Below are positions 36,531 to 49,548 of a stretch of DNA of 64,000 bases, piece after piece. How positions within the stretch are numbered: position 1 is the first letter of the stretch; the number at the start of each line of letters is the position of its first letter. The position numbers and the translations under genes were made by a program. The stretch is taken from the NCBI GenBank assembly GCA_009602725.1, contig WELB01000011.1, forward strand, positions 666,652 to 730,651, read 5' to 3'. The stretch is from Spirogloea muscicola (Eukaryota). The notes under the pieces are model-generated. The model did no database searches and was not told the origin of the DNA. It saw only the letters and a list, made by a program, of their open reading frames with translations.

Positions 36531-39270
36531 TATCCCTTTGCGCTGCCTCACACCCAACCACCGCCCTCTGTCCTGGAAGCGTTTTCTTCTCACGGCCATC
36601 CCCATACTTTGCAAGAGCTGTGTCCTCTCGCGCTTGTCTGCCCCGCCCCCAAAGGACGCAGGGGCGCTCATCCCCGTCGCTCCCACCGCCTTGTCCATTC
36701 TTTCTGGTCTGGCAGTTCAGGTCTTGCCCCAGTCGGATGAACTGACCTCTTTGCCAGCCATTGCCCCCTTTCGGAGAAGCTTTCTTCCATGCGCTTCCTG
36801 GTCTTGGTCACGCTTCTGAGGAGGTAACCAAGCATCTTTAAAATGGGCCAATGGCTGTCGTATGCCAGCTCAGAAAACAGAAAAGAGGTCCCAGGCTTAC
36901 GCCCTTGCACATGGGCACCGGCCCGCCCTTGCCGCCCTTGCTTTTGAGAAGCGCATGGCCGACTCATACCCTGCTGCTGAACAGTGGACTTTGCAGGTCC
37001 ACTCTACTGTGGGCTGGCCTCTTCCAGCCATTGCTCCCTCGGATAAAGCTTAGTCTACTGCACTGCTGCCATCGCCTCCTGTAGTGGAAGCTTCTTGTTG
37101 ACAAGTTTCGCGCTTTCTGGCCCCTTCGGACCTTCTCCTACTTCATTCTCTATTCAGGTCTGGCCAATCACAGCCATCGCCCTCTACTAAGGTCTTTCTC
37201 CTGGTTTATCACAGCCATCGCTTCGTTCTTTTGCGCGCCTTCTCCCTTCGGACGACAAGGTGTATCACTACCCTTCTGCCAGTTTGCCCGACCTTCGGCT
37301 GCTGTCTAGGGGCGATTCACAGGGTAGGAGGACGCTCAAGTCAGCCCCATCTATTGCTGCTGCTCGCCCTGCTGTCATGCATTTTGTTGGTTTCTATTCA
37401 CTGCCACTGTCCCCTTCGCAAGCGGTTCTGCATCTTCAGATCTACTGCGCCCCCTCTCAGGAGCTTCTTTGCCTACCTTGCCTACAGGTCCACCCCAAAT
37501 CACAGCCACTGTCCTTCTCGAGGGCTGTTGCTTGCCATGAGTAACTCTTTCATCTCTGTCCGGAAGAACGCTGCTTTCTCTATAGAGCGCTCGCTCCTTG
37601 CAATTTGGAGATCTTGGCGTCTAGACTGACCACTGACCACCCCCAGGAAACAAACTCGCTAGATGAGGTGCTTGAGCCTAAGTCTGCAAATCTTATCCTT
37701 GATGATTGCAGCGCAAGGCGACAGATTTGCAAGATGCATGCATTACATACTTGAGAGCTAATTGTTGCCCTTCGCAATCCAGAACTGCTCAGAGTTTCAC
37801 CCACGATCAACATGACATAAGAACTTCTGCTGTAGCCACTCCAAGTCATGGCTGCACACTGCCATATTTTCAGTGAGAATCTTAGGACCCTCCTCACTCC
37901 CAGCCTTTAACGGCAAAGGAAGCTGTTTGCTTGCTTCAGATGGCATCATCGCTCAAGATTGACTGGTCTTGCTGCCACATCGCTCTTCTTCAAGCCAGGT
38001 TGTACGCACCTTGTCCTTGGACGCGGCCAGAGGCACAGGTTTTCCGCAAGGCCCACATGCGTCAAACATGTGAGCTGGCCAGTCATGGCAGCGCCCCATC
38101 ATAAGCGTGCAGCGACGCCTCCACATGGACAAGATTTCTCATGAGAGAAGGCGCATGGTGCGCATGCACTGAGAGGGGAAATAGCTCATTTACATTACAG
38201 CAGTAGCCGTGAGAGGCCAGCCCAAAAGGAACGTACAATTTCTGAAAGGACTGGAAGGCGCAAAACAGGGAGGCTGCACAAGCCAGTAAACTGTTAGAAG
38301 AACGAATCAATTCCTAACAGGACCTCAGGTGACAACACGGGAAACATAGAACTGAATAGGGACTCGAGTACCCACGAGTGAGAAAGCAGATCTACCAATT
38401 TACGGCAATGGCTGTGAACAGGCCAGCCCAAAGAGAGAAAGCGCGGCCAGATTGACTAGTGGCTGGGAAAGGCCAGCCCAAAGGAGTATACAAGGTCTGA
38501 AATGGCCGGATGGGCTCAAAAAGCAGGATAATAGTCTTCAAGCCGGCAGTGGGCTCTCAATAATCGAAAGACGCTTCCAGGAGAGGACGATGGCTGGGCG
38601 AGGCCAGCCCAAAAATAAATTGAACAAAGGTCGGAGAGGCCAAGCAAGGGAATCCACGAAAGCTAGCACATCAATAATCTCCTGTCAGCAAGTACGAGTC
38701 AGAATAACCAGATGGCGAAAAAGCGTCGCCATGACGGAACCCGGAGGCAGCAGCCAACGTGTACGCAAGTGGACGGCAAATGCTAAGGACCGTTGCGGAG
38801 GGATTGCAAAGGCACATCCTGTACACCTGAGCAAGCTACCCGGCGGCACTGGAGCCGGGCTGCACGCTCTGACGAGTGAGAGCACGCACTCATCTGCCAG
38901 ACTTATCTGGGGCGCTGGTGCGGCACCCCGCAAGCCGGTGGCCTGGCTTGGTGCGCAGCTAGGCACTCAGCACTTCTCGTGCTTACACGATGACAGCTCA
39001 CCTTCTGACTGAGGGATGAGGACTGTGTGATGCAAAACGAGCTGCTTGCCATGGCCATCGAGCACGCCTGGGCTCGCAAGGAACACGAGCATGAGCCTGG
39101 AGAGCGGAGGCTGGATCAAGGAGCTATGCTTTCTTGCAAGTGAAGTCCAAGATTGAGCTGGCCACGCAACGGCGGCGCCTCTGCCCGCGACCGCGGACTC
39201 CACCAGACAGGCTTTCCAGCGACGTGTGCGGAAATGAGGAGTGACGGCTTTGCGGATCGGGAACGGCGCC

Positions 39271-42200
39271 ATGAGTGGAGTGCGCACTCGTTCGCCTCCG
39301 CACACGCTCGTGGGGTCACTTGTAGCTGTCAGCCCGGTCCTGCGAATCAGCGACAGTGGTGGAGCCCATGTCAATTACGACATTGTCATGGTGGAGATGC
39401 GGCCGTGCCGTCCATCGAGGAGCAGCAGGCAGGTACTCAGAGAAGCGGCGCTCCAGCGCTACGATGCCTCACCAGCAACCAGGGAGGCCGCTGACTTGGA
39501 GGTGGCGGGGCCAGAACGTGCAGCGCTGGTACACAGGCCAACATTCCTACTTGCCCGGGATGGCTTGGCACGTGGGCTGTGGCCGGCTCTGTCGGCGTCG
39601 CTCAGCAAGCGCGTCGCCATCTCGGGCCTCCTGCGCAAGGCCCTGCTGGCAGGACACGCGCCGCAGCGGTCGCGCATTGTCTTCCTGGCCACAGCCGCTA
39701 CGGCGGTTGCCTTGCTCGAGAGGCCGGAGGTCGCCCTCGAAGAGCCTCGAAGGAGGCCCAACGATGCAGCTGCCAAGAGCGAGCGCATGGCAAGTGTTAC
39801 TGGGCGAGAGTCTTGCGAGCATGCCAGCAGCGGGACAGTCAGCTATGTGGGCACGGTAAGTGGGGTTGTCCTCGATGGCGCGCAGCTGGAGCTGGACGGT
39901 TGCGCCCGGCTCCTCCTGACGCACACGCCGAGCTGGCCGTTGGGCGGCATCTGCCTCGGCTCCCTGGTGTGCACCCGCGTGCACATCTGACCACATGGCT
40001 TGGGCCTCTAATATGAGCCAGCTTTGCCACAGGAAGTTGGTTCGACATTTATCACAGCTGCTTCAAAGAACCTGCCCAACTCATGCTTTTTTGGCATACA
40101 GGTGTTGCTGAGGCATGTCCACGTCCACAAAGTGCGGGGAACTCAGCGAGAGCGCCTGGTCTTCGGGGCATGCATCTATTCTCATATATCTGTTGTGGGG
40201 ACAGCACCAATGTATGATTCATTGATGTAAGCCTCTATATACCTATTTTACCTCAACATCAAGCTAGATTGCCATCGTCCTTGCATCCACTCGTGACTAC
40301 ATTGTGATACGTCTGTCTCTCCTGCTGGTTGACCATTACAATGTGATCCGTATGACCCTACCGTGAGATTGTGTTGATATGTCGAGCTTATCAGCTCTCT
40401 GTGCCATTTTCAATGTGCAGTAAAGTTCACCCTCTACCCGCTTGCAGCTTGCTGCGAGCACATCTGGATCGGTTGCCGTTCAGTTTGGCCTTCAAGTATG
40501 CTGTAATCATGCACAAAGTCTCAATTCTTTTGCACTAAATTACAGAAAATTCGATGCCACTGCCGCTACTTCTTCAAGCAGAATGTTACATTCTGGAAAT
40601 GTTACATGCTTTGTATTCTTAAGACGTTGAACTCTGAATAAAGCAAACCCTTAGTTAAGCTTAGAGCAGGCACTCAGCCTTCTGGGCCTACGTTCTATCC
40701 TACACCTTTAACCTTCCGTTGTAGTCATGTACTGACTACACAGTGCATGCATATGCCTTATATTCTGCAGTCATTAGTACCTTTGCCTCCTGCTCGCAAG
40801 TAGATTACAGATACTGAAGCTGTTGTTTTGGCCATCAGGCTCATGGAGGTGTTGCAAGCCTTCCATGTCAAATTTCCTGGTTACTTCAGCAATCAGCAGC
40901 TTCTGGGGAACTGCGCCAAGGTGAACTGTCATATGAGATCATCCATGGACTGAGTGGAAGACACAAGAGACGCTTCTTCCAAATTAGATTGATCGCAGCG
41001 GGCTTGCTCAATCTTTGAAGGTGATCTAAGCAACAAACATTCCTATGATTACCGCCAAATCGCAAGGGCAGACAGTGAGCAGCCAATCGTAAACCCTATA
41101 TTTTGACCCGGCTGATGACAGCCTCACAAATGCAAAGAGAAAGGACTAGCTTTCACCATCGTACGTGATGGCGGGTCGCCTCTTCAATACCTGCAAAGAG
41201 TAAGTACAGTCAGCATCAGCATGCTACAGCTTGTAGTACTGTACCAGTATGCATACGACTTTGTTCACTTGAGATCCTTGTTGCCTATGTCTGGCATGGG
41301 CTTTGGAGTGATCAACCTCTGAAGTGGTGATGGCCTCCCCATGGCAGGATGTAATTGACGAGTTCTTGGAGCACTCTTTGCATTGCCAACTCGGAAGCCC
41401 AATTGAGCAGCGGTCCTCCATCCAAACACAGGTGCTACTCTTTCTCAAGTATCTGCATTGACATCAGTCATGTACTGGACATGTAAGCAGCCTTGACGAG
41501 CTCAAATAGCAGTGAGGAATATCTTCATGCTGTCAGAGCAGCTTGCATGTACTCTGGAAATTGTAGCAGGCTTTTTGATTTGGAACTGAGGCAGTTGCTA
41601 GCTGCTGTGGCCAGCAGGTTCTCACAGTAGCAGAGCTCCTACAAGGGGCTGCACTGTTAAGTAGGACAGCCCTTGAGGCACATGTCTCCAAGGGCCAGCA
41701 ATGTGTGGAGCATGGTAACCTGGAGAACCAAGTAGTCACCAGGAAGTCTGGCAAGGAGCTTGGTGTTGTCCTCCTTGCTACACTGCAGGTAGCACGCGGC
41801 AAATCTAAGTGGTCCAGTTACTGAGGGAGCTGTTATGTTGCAGCCTCATCGAACCATCTAGTTGAAGAGGTTCTATATTTGTTGTGCAGGTCTCCCCAAG
41901 AACAGGAAGCCTAGAGCTCACTGATGCCACTGGTGCACTGGGAGTAGTTATTGACGGTCACCTACAGAGGAGTCAACTGAACTCCATCTACAAGGTCTGC
42001 CATATCCCAATTGCTAATACACTTAATGGAGGATAGACTACAGCAGATGCAGGTACGGAATTGATGTCGCAAGGTGCCGCAGATGGTCATATCTAGGCTT
42101 CTAGAAGCACGTGCTTCAGAGCAGCTTCACAAGTCCAGGCTGCATCACTAGTTCTTGATGCTTTCAGTAACCTTCAACACAGCTCAAATTGTCACTTCCT

Positions 42201-44722
42201 TGCTTTAGCAGGCAGCACATGTATGCTGTTGATAGAAAACCATAAGTTGAAATGGTGCTGGTTGTATTATGCTCCCTGTGGCAGGTGACAGACTTTGACT
42301 TGGTCGTCTACAGTCGACCTTCAGTAGTGCCTCTGAGAGATTGCAATGCAGGGCAAAATGACTTGCCTTGGGCTCAAGCATTCCAACAATGCACTACTGC
42401 TGACATGCAGCGCTGGGATCCTAGCCAGGCAGAGTGCTTCGTCGTCTTCCGCCTTCAGGATGCTGCCTTTGTTCGCGCATTGCACAGCTCAGTGTCACAC
42501 CCCCAATTTACTGGGTCGTCATGGGCTCGGGCCTTGCGTAGTGGTGATTTGAAGGTTATCATGATCATCCAGAAACATTCTTTAGCAAAGCATGTGAGTG
42601 TCATGGACCTCACTTACCACTTTGTGGCAACATGCTTCTGAGAGTTTCCGATCTTATAGCATTTTGGCATGGGCTTGATGACATACATTAGCAAGCATTG
42701 GAAATGTGTTTGTGCGCGCAACTGTTATGTGTGCTTGTAAGGTGTGTCCGCTTACTCGTGATGGCAACGCACGTGCTCCACAGAAGGCTCGGCGGTCGTC
42801 TTCTGCAGCTTCCTGCCAGAACAGTGTTGGCTTCCAAGCCAAGGCCGTGCTGCTTCCTTACAAAATACTTGATAATGTTTCTATTGAACCTCGGAGTGGA
42901 CCTTCAAGCCCATGTCGTGTCGTAATTCGAAAGCCTCAACCATGCGGGCACACACAAGCACAGCCCAAAGGAGCTGCAGGAGTTCTGCAGGTTATCAAAT
43001 GCTACATCCAAGTTGGCAAGGTCGAGCAGCGGCAAGCGGCATTGGAAGGCCATCTTCAGCAAGTAATGCTCAGCTTCTCGTTGACGTCTATTGAGGACCA
43101 CTCAGTAAGTGGCATCAGGCAGCTGGATGTGTTACAGCTTTCTGGCAATGTCGAGGTGCTAGAGAAGCCCTCTCGTTGAAGGTCTGTGATTTATGTCGTC
43201 AAGATCGTCTATTGCATTACATGACCTCATCAACCTGTGCCATATTTTTGTCTCTGCTTAATCTCCAGACATTGCGTGTTGGCCGGTGCTACTTGACTTC
43301 GTGGCCAGAGCCAAAGCCATTGGGTGCCCACGAGGCCTTCCTCAAGGCCATGAAGAAGGCACAAGGTGGTCAACCTGAGCCTGACCATTGTGGTTCTCCA
43401 GTCACTCTAAGAGATCCTCATCTCTGGAGTGTAAGCTTTGCTGGTCAACCTGAAGAAGAGAAAGTTCCGGACAAGTTGGATGCCTGCTGCCAAATCAGGG
43501 CCTCATTTGAGGACCAGAGACAAAAAGAATGTGCCAGCAGTCTCTGTGCAGACAAGGACGATGTTGAGATTGCGTTGACAGCCACTGCAGCTAGACTGCA
43601 CAAGGAGCTTGTTCGAAGTCTCGCAGAGTGGCACATTCGGCCAATCTTGCAGATTCATCAGCTCCTTAGGGATGAGTCTGGTGAAGCATGCAGGGAGCCC
43701 ACTATACTGCCAAAGCCCAGTACTCCAACCACGAAACTGGTGATGACGGAATGTAGGTCATCACATTGTCAGCAGACATGGGGAGCAGATCAGAGGACAG
43801 TTTCTTTTGACGGCATCGTAGCAGCAATAAGAATATCTCATGACCAGCCTCTGACCGAGGTCCTTGTTTGTTCTTGACCACATCCCCTCATGTGTATGCT
43901 GCAGAGGACCACACTGGCCAAGCTCTGTGCAGAGCTGCTGGCTTGCCTGCTGCCGAGCTCTTGGGACTACCTGAACGTGCACCCCACATTAGGTCTCGTG
44001 AGTCTACACAACAGTTTGGCATAGCAACAAGGGAGGAGTACATGACTGAGCTGCTTGCTCGTCTAAGGAGGCACGGCAGGGTGGTTGCACAGCGAGAGGG
44101 ACCGGCTCTCCCTGCTGGCGGCGAGCTGGGCGCGGTGATGCCGTCGGCCGTCTCGTCCAGCTTGCAGCAAGCGCTTGGTGGGCGAGACCGGGAGGTAGTG
44201 GAGGAGCTCTTCCTGCGGGCCTCGGTGCAGAAGCCGAAGGTGCGCAAGGGCTTCATGCATTAGAGCTCTCAGATTTGCTAGTCATGTTTGGGGTTCTGAG
44301 GATTTGCTGTGCAATGCATGAAGTAGCATGGCAGAACAAGCCAAGCTAAGCAATGTTCTCCCTGCTGTCTCAAGGCATATGGCTTGCTCCCTCAGCAGTA
44401 CCACTGCCCTGCATGCTACTTCAATTGTTGTACGGATATAGAGAAGCATGTCATTTATGCATGAGAAAGTCAACGACAGGCAGGTCATCCTAGCAGAAGA
44501 CACTCTGCACAGATCTATCCGCCTGCAACGTTTGTGGTATGGTTCTCTGCGCTGGTTGACAGTTCACGCTGTGGTTGCAGGTCCTGGTTTGCCAACAGAA
44601 TTGGCAATCCCAACAGAATAAGCCACGTGCTCAATGGCACAGCACAGGCAGCATTGGCCCCAGCCAGACTTTTGGCTGTACTGCAGCTCTTTCGCACCGT
44701 CAGCTGTAGCTTGTCGCGATAA
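39271..44722 (+). CDS. CTC1: CST complex subunit CTC1 (telomere maintenance, multi-OB-fold), multi-exon, 5' end unresolved
   Basis: GSLVAVSPV; SYVGTVSGVVLDGAQLELDGCARLLLTH; VLLRHVHV..LVFGACIYSHISV; LMEVLQAFHVKFPGYFSNQQLLG; SPRTGSLELTDATGALGVV; FQAKAVLLPY; TLRVGRCYL; EDHTGQALCRAAG..LARLRRHGRVV. These blocks are colinear with plant CTC1 as I recall it. Confidence 0.82.
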
Positions 44723-44830
44723 AGGCCAGCAGGACCGAGGCAAGCGCACGTCTACTTTGCCAGGAATTAGAGGCTGCAATGTCTGCAGACCCTAATTTTC
44801 CGGCAGTTTGTCAGCTAAACGACACTGCCT

Positions 44831-47800
44831 TTAGTACTTTATAGTTGCAAACACCTGTATCATTAGTGCTTGGTGAAGCGTTGCAGTTTGACCAGGTGCA
44901 CTGGTTATGAGTCTTTGGTAGTGTTTGACTCGTGCATCTTCATGTACATCAGAGTGGTGCAACTCATATTCTTGCCTCTCTCTCTTGTTCATATATACAA
45001 CTGCAATTTTGGACTTCGGTTTAGGTTTAGGCTGAGCGACCTGATCTCGACCTCGTGTCACCTGCTCCTTGAGGTAGTTCAGTCCACTTGTTTGGCTGGC
45101 CTTTCTCAATCAAGCCTTTCTCACCTGTGCTTCCCTTTCGTTGAGCATATCTTTCAGGCAGCACCTAGTGCGTCCGATCTTGCAATCCATGTAGGAGTTG
45201 GCCGTCAAAAGCGAATATAGGCTAAACAATGCAAGTCCATCCCATTCATTGAGCGATACTTAAGGCAGCACATAGTGAGTTCAGCTTTGCAGTCCATATA
45301 AGAACCTGGCCCTCAAATGAAGTAGGTAGGCATAGCAATGCAGATCTGAAAGGGAAGTCCTGAATGTCATGTGCCCAAGGGTGAAATGTTCGAAAAAAAC
45401 GTTAATGAATTTATCAAAAGAACTCCTCAAAAGGAATGTGCCGTAAGTGCCTACTGACAGCTCAGAGTCACACGACTGCTATCAGCTGCATACGTCTTGG
45501 TGCCTTGCTGTGATGAAGGGACTTGATCTTGGTAATGGAGCTTCTTTACCCAGCAAAGATAAGAAGCCACTCAATAAGGTACAACAGGAAGGAACTAATC
45601 AACAGTCTTTTATGTCTTGCCGTGGTGGCAGGCAGTGACCATACACTGTCTCACATTTTGCTACTTTCCAAATAGCAGAGTGACAAATCAGGAGTTTATC
45701 TAGACCTCCTTCTCTTAGGCAGTCCCATCTGCTAGGTCGCTGTTGCTCGTCTTTACACTGTGGATGGCATGACTCCCATCCCCCGCCGGGTTCTTGCTTG
45801 GCACCTTCGTAATCTTGTCATAGAAGGCATTGGGCCGGATGATGTTTTTCTTCTTCTGATCCATGAGAGGGGCATGCGAACTTGACACCTGCTGCAACGA
45901 TCCATTGCCAGTTCCCTCGCTGCTGCGCCGCCTGCCGAGCTTGGGGGATACTGCTCTGGTTGGGCGGAAGACTGGCTTCTTACCAATCACACGAGGTTGC
46001 CTCTGCACACACAAGACGCTGTCTCACTTGCCTGTCTCGGATGATTATCCACGCTGAATTCTCTCAATCATCTACATAAATTCAACAGCAATCTGCACAC
46101 GAGTATCTTGAGATGAGTGCTAAAATTTTGGAGCATGTATCACAGCCTAGACAAGCAGCAGAGTATAAGAGTCATCAGGGACGAATAGGAAGACCTTTTC
46201 ACTTTCATGACGAGCACCAGAATCTTCTACGGTAGTCTTCTGATAGAACTCTGGCAACGGGTTCGCCTTGAAAGTCAAACCCTTCCTGTAGTCTTCCATC
46301 TCTTTGTTCAACTCTTCCTGCTTGTCAGAGACATCTCAAGCGTATTAACCACAAGGTAGACGCTGCTGCTAACACTAAGTAGTTTGACTAGGCTAGACAA
46401 GCTCATCACAAGCGCAAAGGTTGCTTGATTAAGTGAGCATGATAGCAACATGATCCCACCTTCATCTTCAGCTCTTGCTGTTGCCTCTCCCACCCCCTCG
46501 TAGACTCAAGCTGCTCCAGCTTGCTATGGAACTGCCACGATGGCAAGTTTATAAGCAAAAGTTGATAGGGAGAGGGATCGATGCAGTAACTCATGCGTTA
46601 AACCTCATCAATAGAAGCCCTTTAAATCATTTTGCAACCATTGGCTGCAAGAACTCATAGAAGCACCAAAAGGTGATGCTTGCAACTATGCAATTTAAGC
46701 AGCCACGCATGACACACATTATCTCTCTGATTGCAGGCAGGAAGGACAACGTGTCCACTACAAAAGGTGCAAGGCACCTTTTCCCATCCCTTGGCCCTCT
46801 GATCAAGTGCGAAACTGAAAGTGGCCGCTTCAGGAGGCTTCTGCTCCAGAACCCTGACACATGAATGGTCTACTTTAGCACGTGACAAGTGAGGAGAGAT
46901 GCATCAAAACTTCAAGAGGTTGGTTGGATAAGCAGGCTCTGCAAGGAAAAAGTGGAAGGAAAACATTTGCATGTAAAGCTCATAACATGCTCTGGAACAT
47001 ACGGGTCATTAGATAGTGCATGTGCTTCTTGAGCGTCCGCCATCTGCTCATTGGGTTTGTCAGACTCGCAGAGATTGCTGCGTTGTTCCTGCCGCCGTCT
47101 GTGGCATTAGTAAACACAACATCACACAGCATGTCCTCTTAGATGCAGCAAAGCACAAACATCTGCTGGTACTTCTAGAAGGAGCTATGACTCTTCTGAT
47201 ACTGCAGGTGTGTGCGGCAAAATCCTCAAATGTGCGGCAAGTGAGCTATTTGAGCACAGCAGAAAATTACTTTGTCTCAAGATTGAACGGCTGCGGTACG
47301 GTTGTGGGCCGTGAGCTTGATCTGGATGGTGCCTGAAGAAGGTGTCCATGTTGAGTACATAGCACCAGTAGTAGGGCCAAGCGACCATTTTTGCAGCGCT
47401 GTGCGCAGCAACTTGCACAACGGTGTGCAGCAGCTACGTTGGCTTTTGACAGGGGAACATCCTAGAAGTGTTGAAGCTCTAACAACGTGGACATATGCTC
47501 AATCACACTCGTGGACACGATGTCAACTCTGTGGAGCTTGAGTGCTAGTAGCCAGAGGCAAATGAACGTACTTGAATTGGAGCAGCTCTGGATTGGGTGG
47601 ATGAACGAGATGCTTGGGACCTGGCAACATGACCGGAGTCGTAAATTGACTGCTACAAATGCTCTTAACAATCTCAGAGTGGTGCTTGTTCTCAATATTT
47701 CCATCATGTATCCAGGGACCTTATTATGGATCATGGACCTTGTTTACTGTGTCGGTAAGGGGTGCAGCATTGCAATACCTGATGTCCGTAGCAAGCTTGA

Positions 47801-48933
47801 AAGGTTGGACAACTGTGACATTTGACTTTGAGGACCTGTTGGTGATGGTCGGCACCCCTTCTGCCTGACCTGCAGGTGACAGGCTGGTCCCCACCCTTCT
47901 CTTGCCCTGTTCCAAAGATACAGAATCAGGTCTTACTTCCTTACTTCGTCTGCAGTTGCTTTTCTACCTCCATGAATCTACGCAGGCCACCAAGAGCATC
48001 CACACAGACACAGCAGCTGACCAGAGTACACCTCAAAAATGCATTGCTTTCATGTAGCAGGTGCAGTGACAGTCCGATAAGCAAAAGCAAAGAGGCCCAA
48101 AGACACAAGCAGAGACTGAACAACGTGTTATATTGACCTGAGTACCTAGACAGCCAGATGATTCTGTTCGGGTCACTAGAGAGCTGTCACCTGAGCTGCA
48201 CCGCCAATGGCAGGCCCAGAGCTGCGACGCCGTGGAGCGTCTTCGGCGACCCGGCTGGGCGACGCCAATTTGGACCTTGCGCTGCCGCCCGCTGAAGGTG
48301 GCGTACGAACTTGAGATGATGCAGGCATGGGCTGCGAGAATATCCGATGTCCTTCAGCCGGCGGGGCAGCCGTTTGGCTTGCCGTGGCAGAAGCTGCCAA
48401 GCTTTGGCTGGGGGCGTCTTCGGCAGTGGAGGTTGCGGGAGCTTCATAATTGGCGCCTTGGTCAACCGCCTGCAGACCAGAAGCCAACAACCACAATGCC
48501 CAAGAACTCGTTCAGAACCGGCGAGGCCTGATGATTTCTGCCCCCCGGTCGTCTCTGACGAGTCCCGCCGCATGCAGCCGACGACGAAGCGGCATGCCAA
48601 GCCCTTCCCAGGCTGCAGGGTCCCGGGCCAAACCAGGCTCGGGCCAGGAGGCGCCGCACCCTCGTCTGGCCCCGCCGCCGGCCCCGTCTCCGCGCTCTCC
48701 GGCGCGTCGGCCGCGGCGGCCGCAGGCCGCGGCTGGTCCGGCTCGCCCTCCCGCTCCTGCTCGTCAGAGCGGTCGTTGGCGGCGGCGGCGTGCAGTGCTC
48801 GGCCAAAGTCAGCAGACGCGGCCGGCGACGGCCCTGCGCTCAGCGACGGCGAGCGGTCCGAGATGAAGCCGTCCACGGCGCGCTCCGGCAGGATGCCATT
48901 CCAGTGCGCCACGGGGTCGCCCTCGTCGTCCAT
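44831..48933 (-). CDS. WVD2-like (WDL) microtubule-associated protein with a TPX2 C-terminal domain, multi-exon. The 3' end is uncertain (45715 or 44831).
   Basis: TTVPQPFNLETK; FSFALDQRAKGWEK; FHSKLEQLE; EELNKEMEDYRKGLTFKANPLPEFY; RPTRAVSPKLGRRRSS. Confidence 0.82.
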
Positions 48934-49136
48934 GTCCGCCGCGCCGGCCAGCGGTGGCGGCGTGGCTGCGACGGCGGCGAATGGAGCGGCGAGGGCTTAG
49001 CGGGAAGGGCGGCGCTGCGCAATCTTGAGCGGTGGCAAAGCCGGACGCTATGTCGCCGTTAATTATGCCGCCTGGCGAGCTTGCCCCGTGACGCCGAAAC
49101 TCCCGCGCCAGCTCACCGTCAACCCTAAACTGCTAA

Positions 49137-49548
49137 GGGCCTATGTACACTTGGTCGGGCGGTCGCGTCGGGGGGTACGTGTCGCGCGATGTATGAAACG
49201 CACGGTCTTATAACCTTGCGCGCACGGTCGCGGTCACCCGCCACGACGGCGCCACATCGGACGCTGACCAGGACGACATCTCCCCCCGTTAAGGAGGAAA
49301 CAGCGCCGTGTGCCACGAGGGCGGTCAAAATCGGGCCCTCCTCCCGAGGAGGGCCCGATTTTGACCACCCCCCCTTCCCCCCGCAGACCCGCCCGAAAAG
49401 AAACAGCTGGCACCGCCCCCTCCCAAATCCACGAAATTTCATATACACGTCCGCACGAGCAGGCGGCCTCGGCCTCCGTGGCCGCAACCTCCCCTCTGAC
49501 GGGGTGGTCAATAAGACCGTGACCACCTGACCAAGTGTAAACAGGCCC
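49137..49548. mobile_element. Tourist/PIF-Harbinger-like MITE, 412 bp
   Basis: Imperfect ~30-bp TIRs (gggcctatgtacacttggtcgggcggtcgcg and cgtgaccacctgaccaagtgtaaacaggccc), flanks TAA/TAT, no coding capacity, central palindrome at 49323-49366. Confidence 0.75.

Larger units (their letters stand above)
33163..38645. repeat. Cluster of degenerate ~60-80 bp hairpin modules (consensus approx. ggcccctt..ttgt(t/c)cattcttt..gggctggc-N3-6-cagccc..gga(a)gag) in both orientations
   Basis: More than 20 copies counted by eye, for example gggctggc at 33406, 35559, 36484 and 37011, and gccagccc near 33199, 34274, 34707, 34872, 34996, 35654, 35729, 35834, 35963, 38216, 38423, 38472 and 38603. Confidence 0.85.

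Noticed and set aside
37400..38150. Coding-looking remnants on the minus strand (also 53500-54200 and 62150-62420)
   Set aside because: They are interrupted by stops and match no family I recognise. They may be decayed gene or TE fragments but cannot be supported.
33163..38645. CRISPR-like array interpretation of the repeated hairpins
   Set aside because: The context is eukaryotic, spacing is irregular, orientations are mixed, copies are degenerate, there are no cas genes, and the repeats are tied to retroelement 3' ends.
35708..44722. Functional link between CTC1 and the adjacent telomere-repeat-bearing retroelements
   Set aside because: Similar clusters flank unrelated genes in this window, so the adjacency is most likely coincidental.
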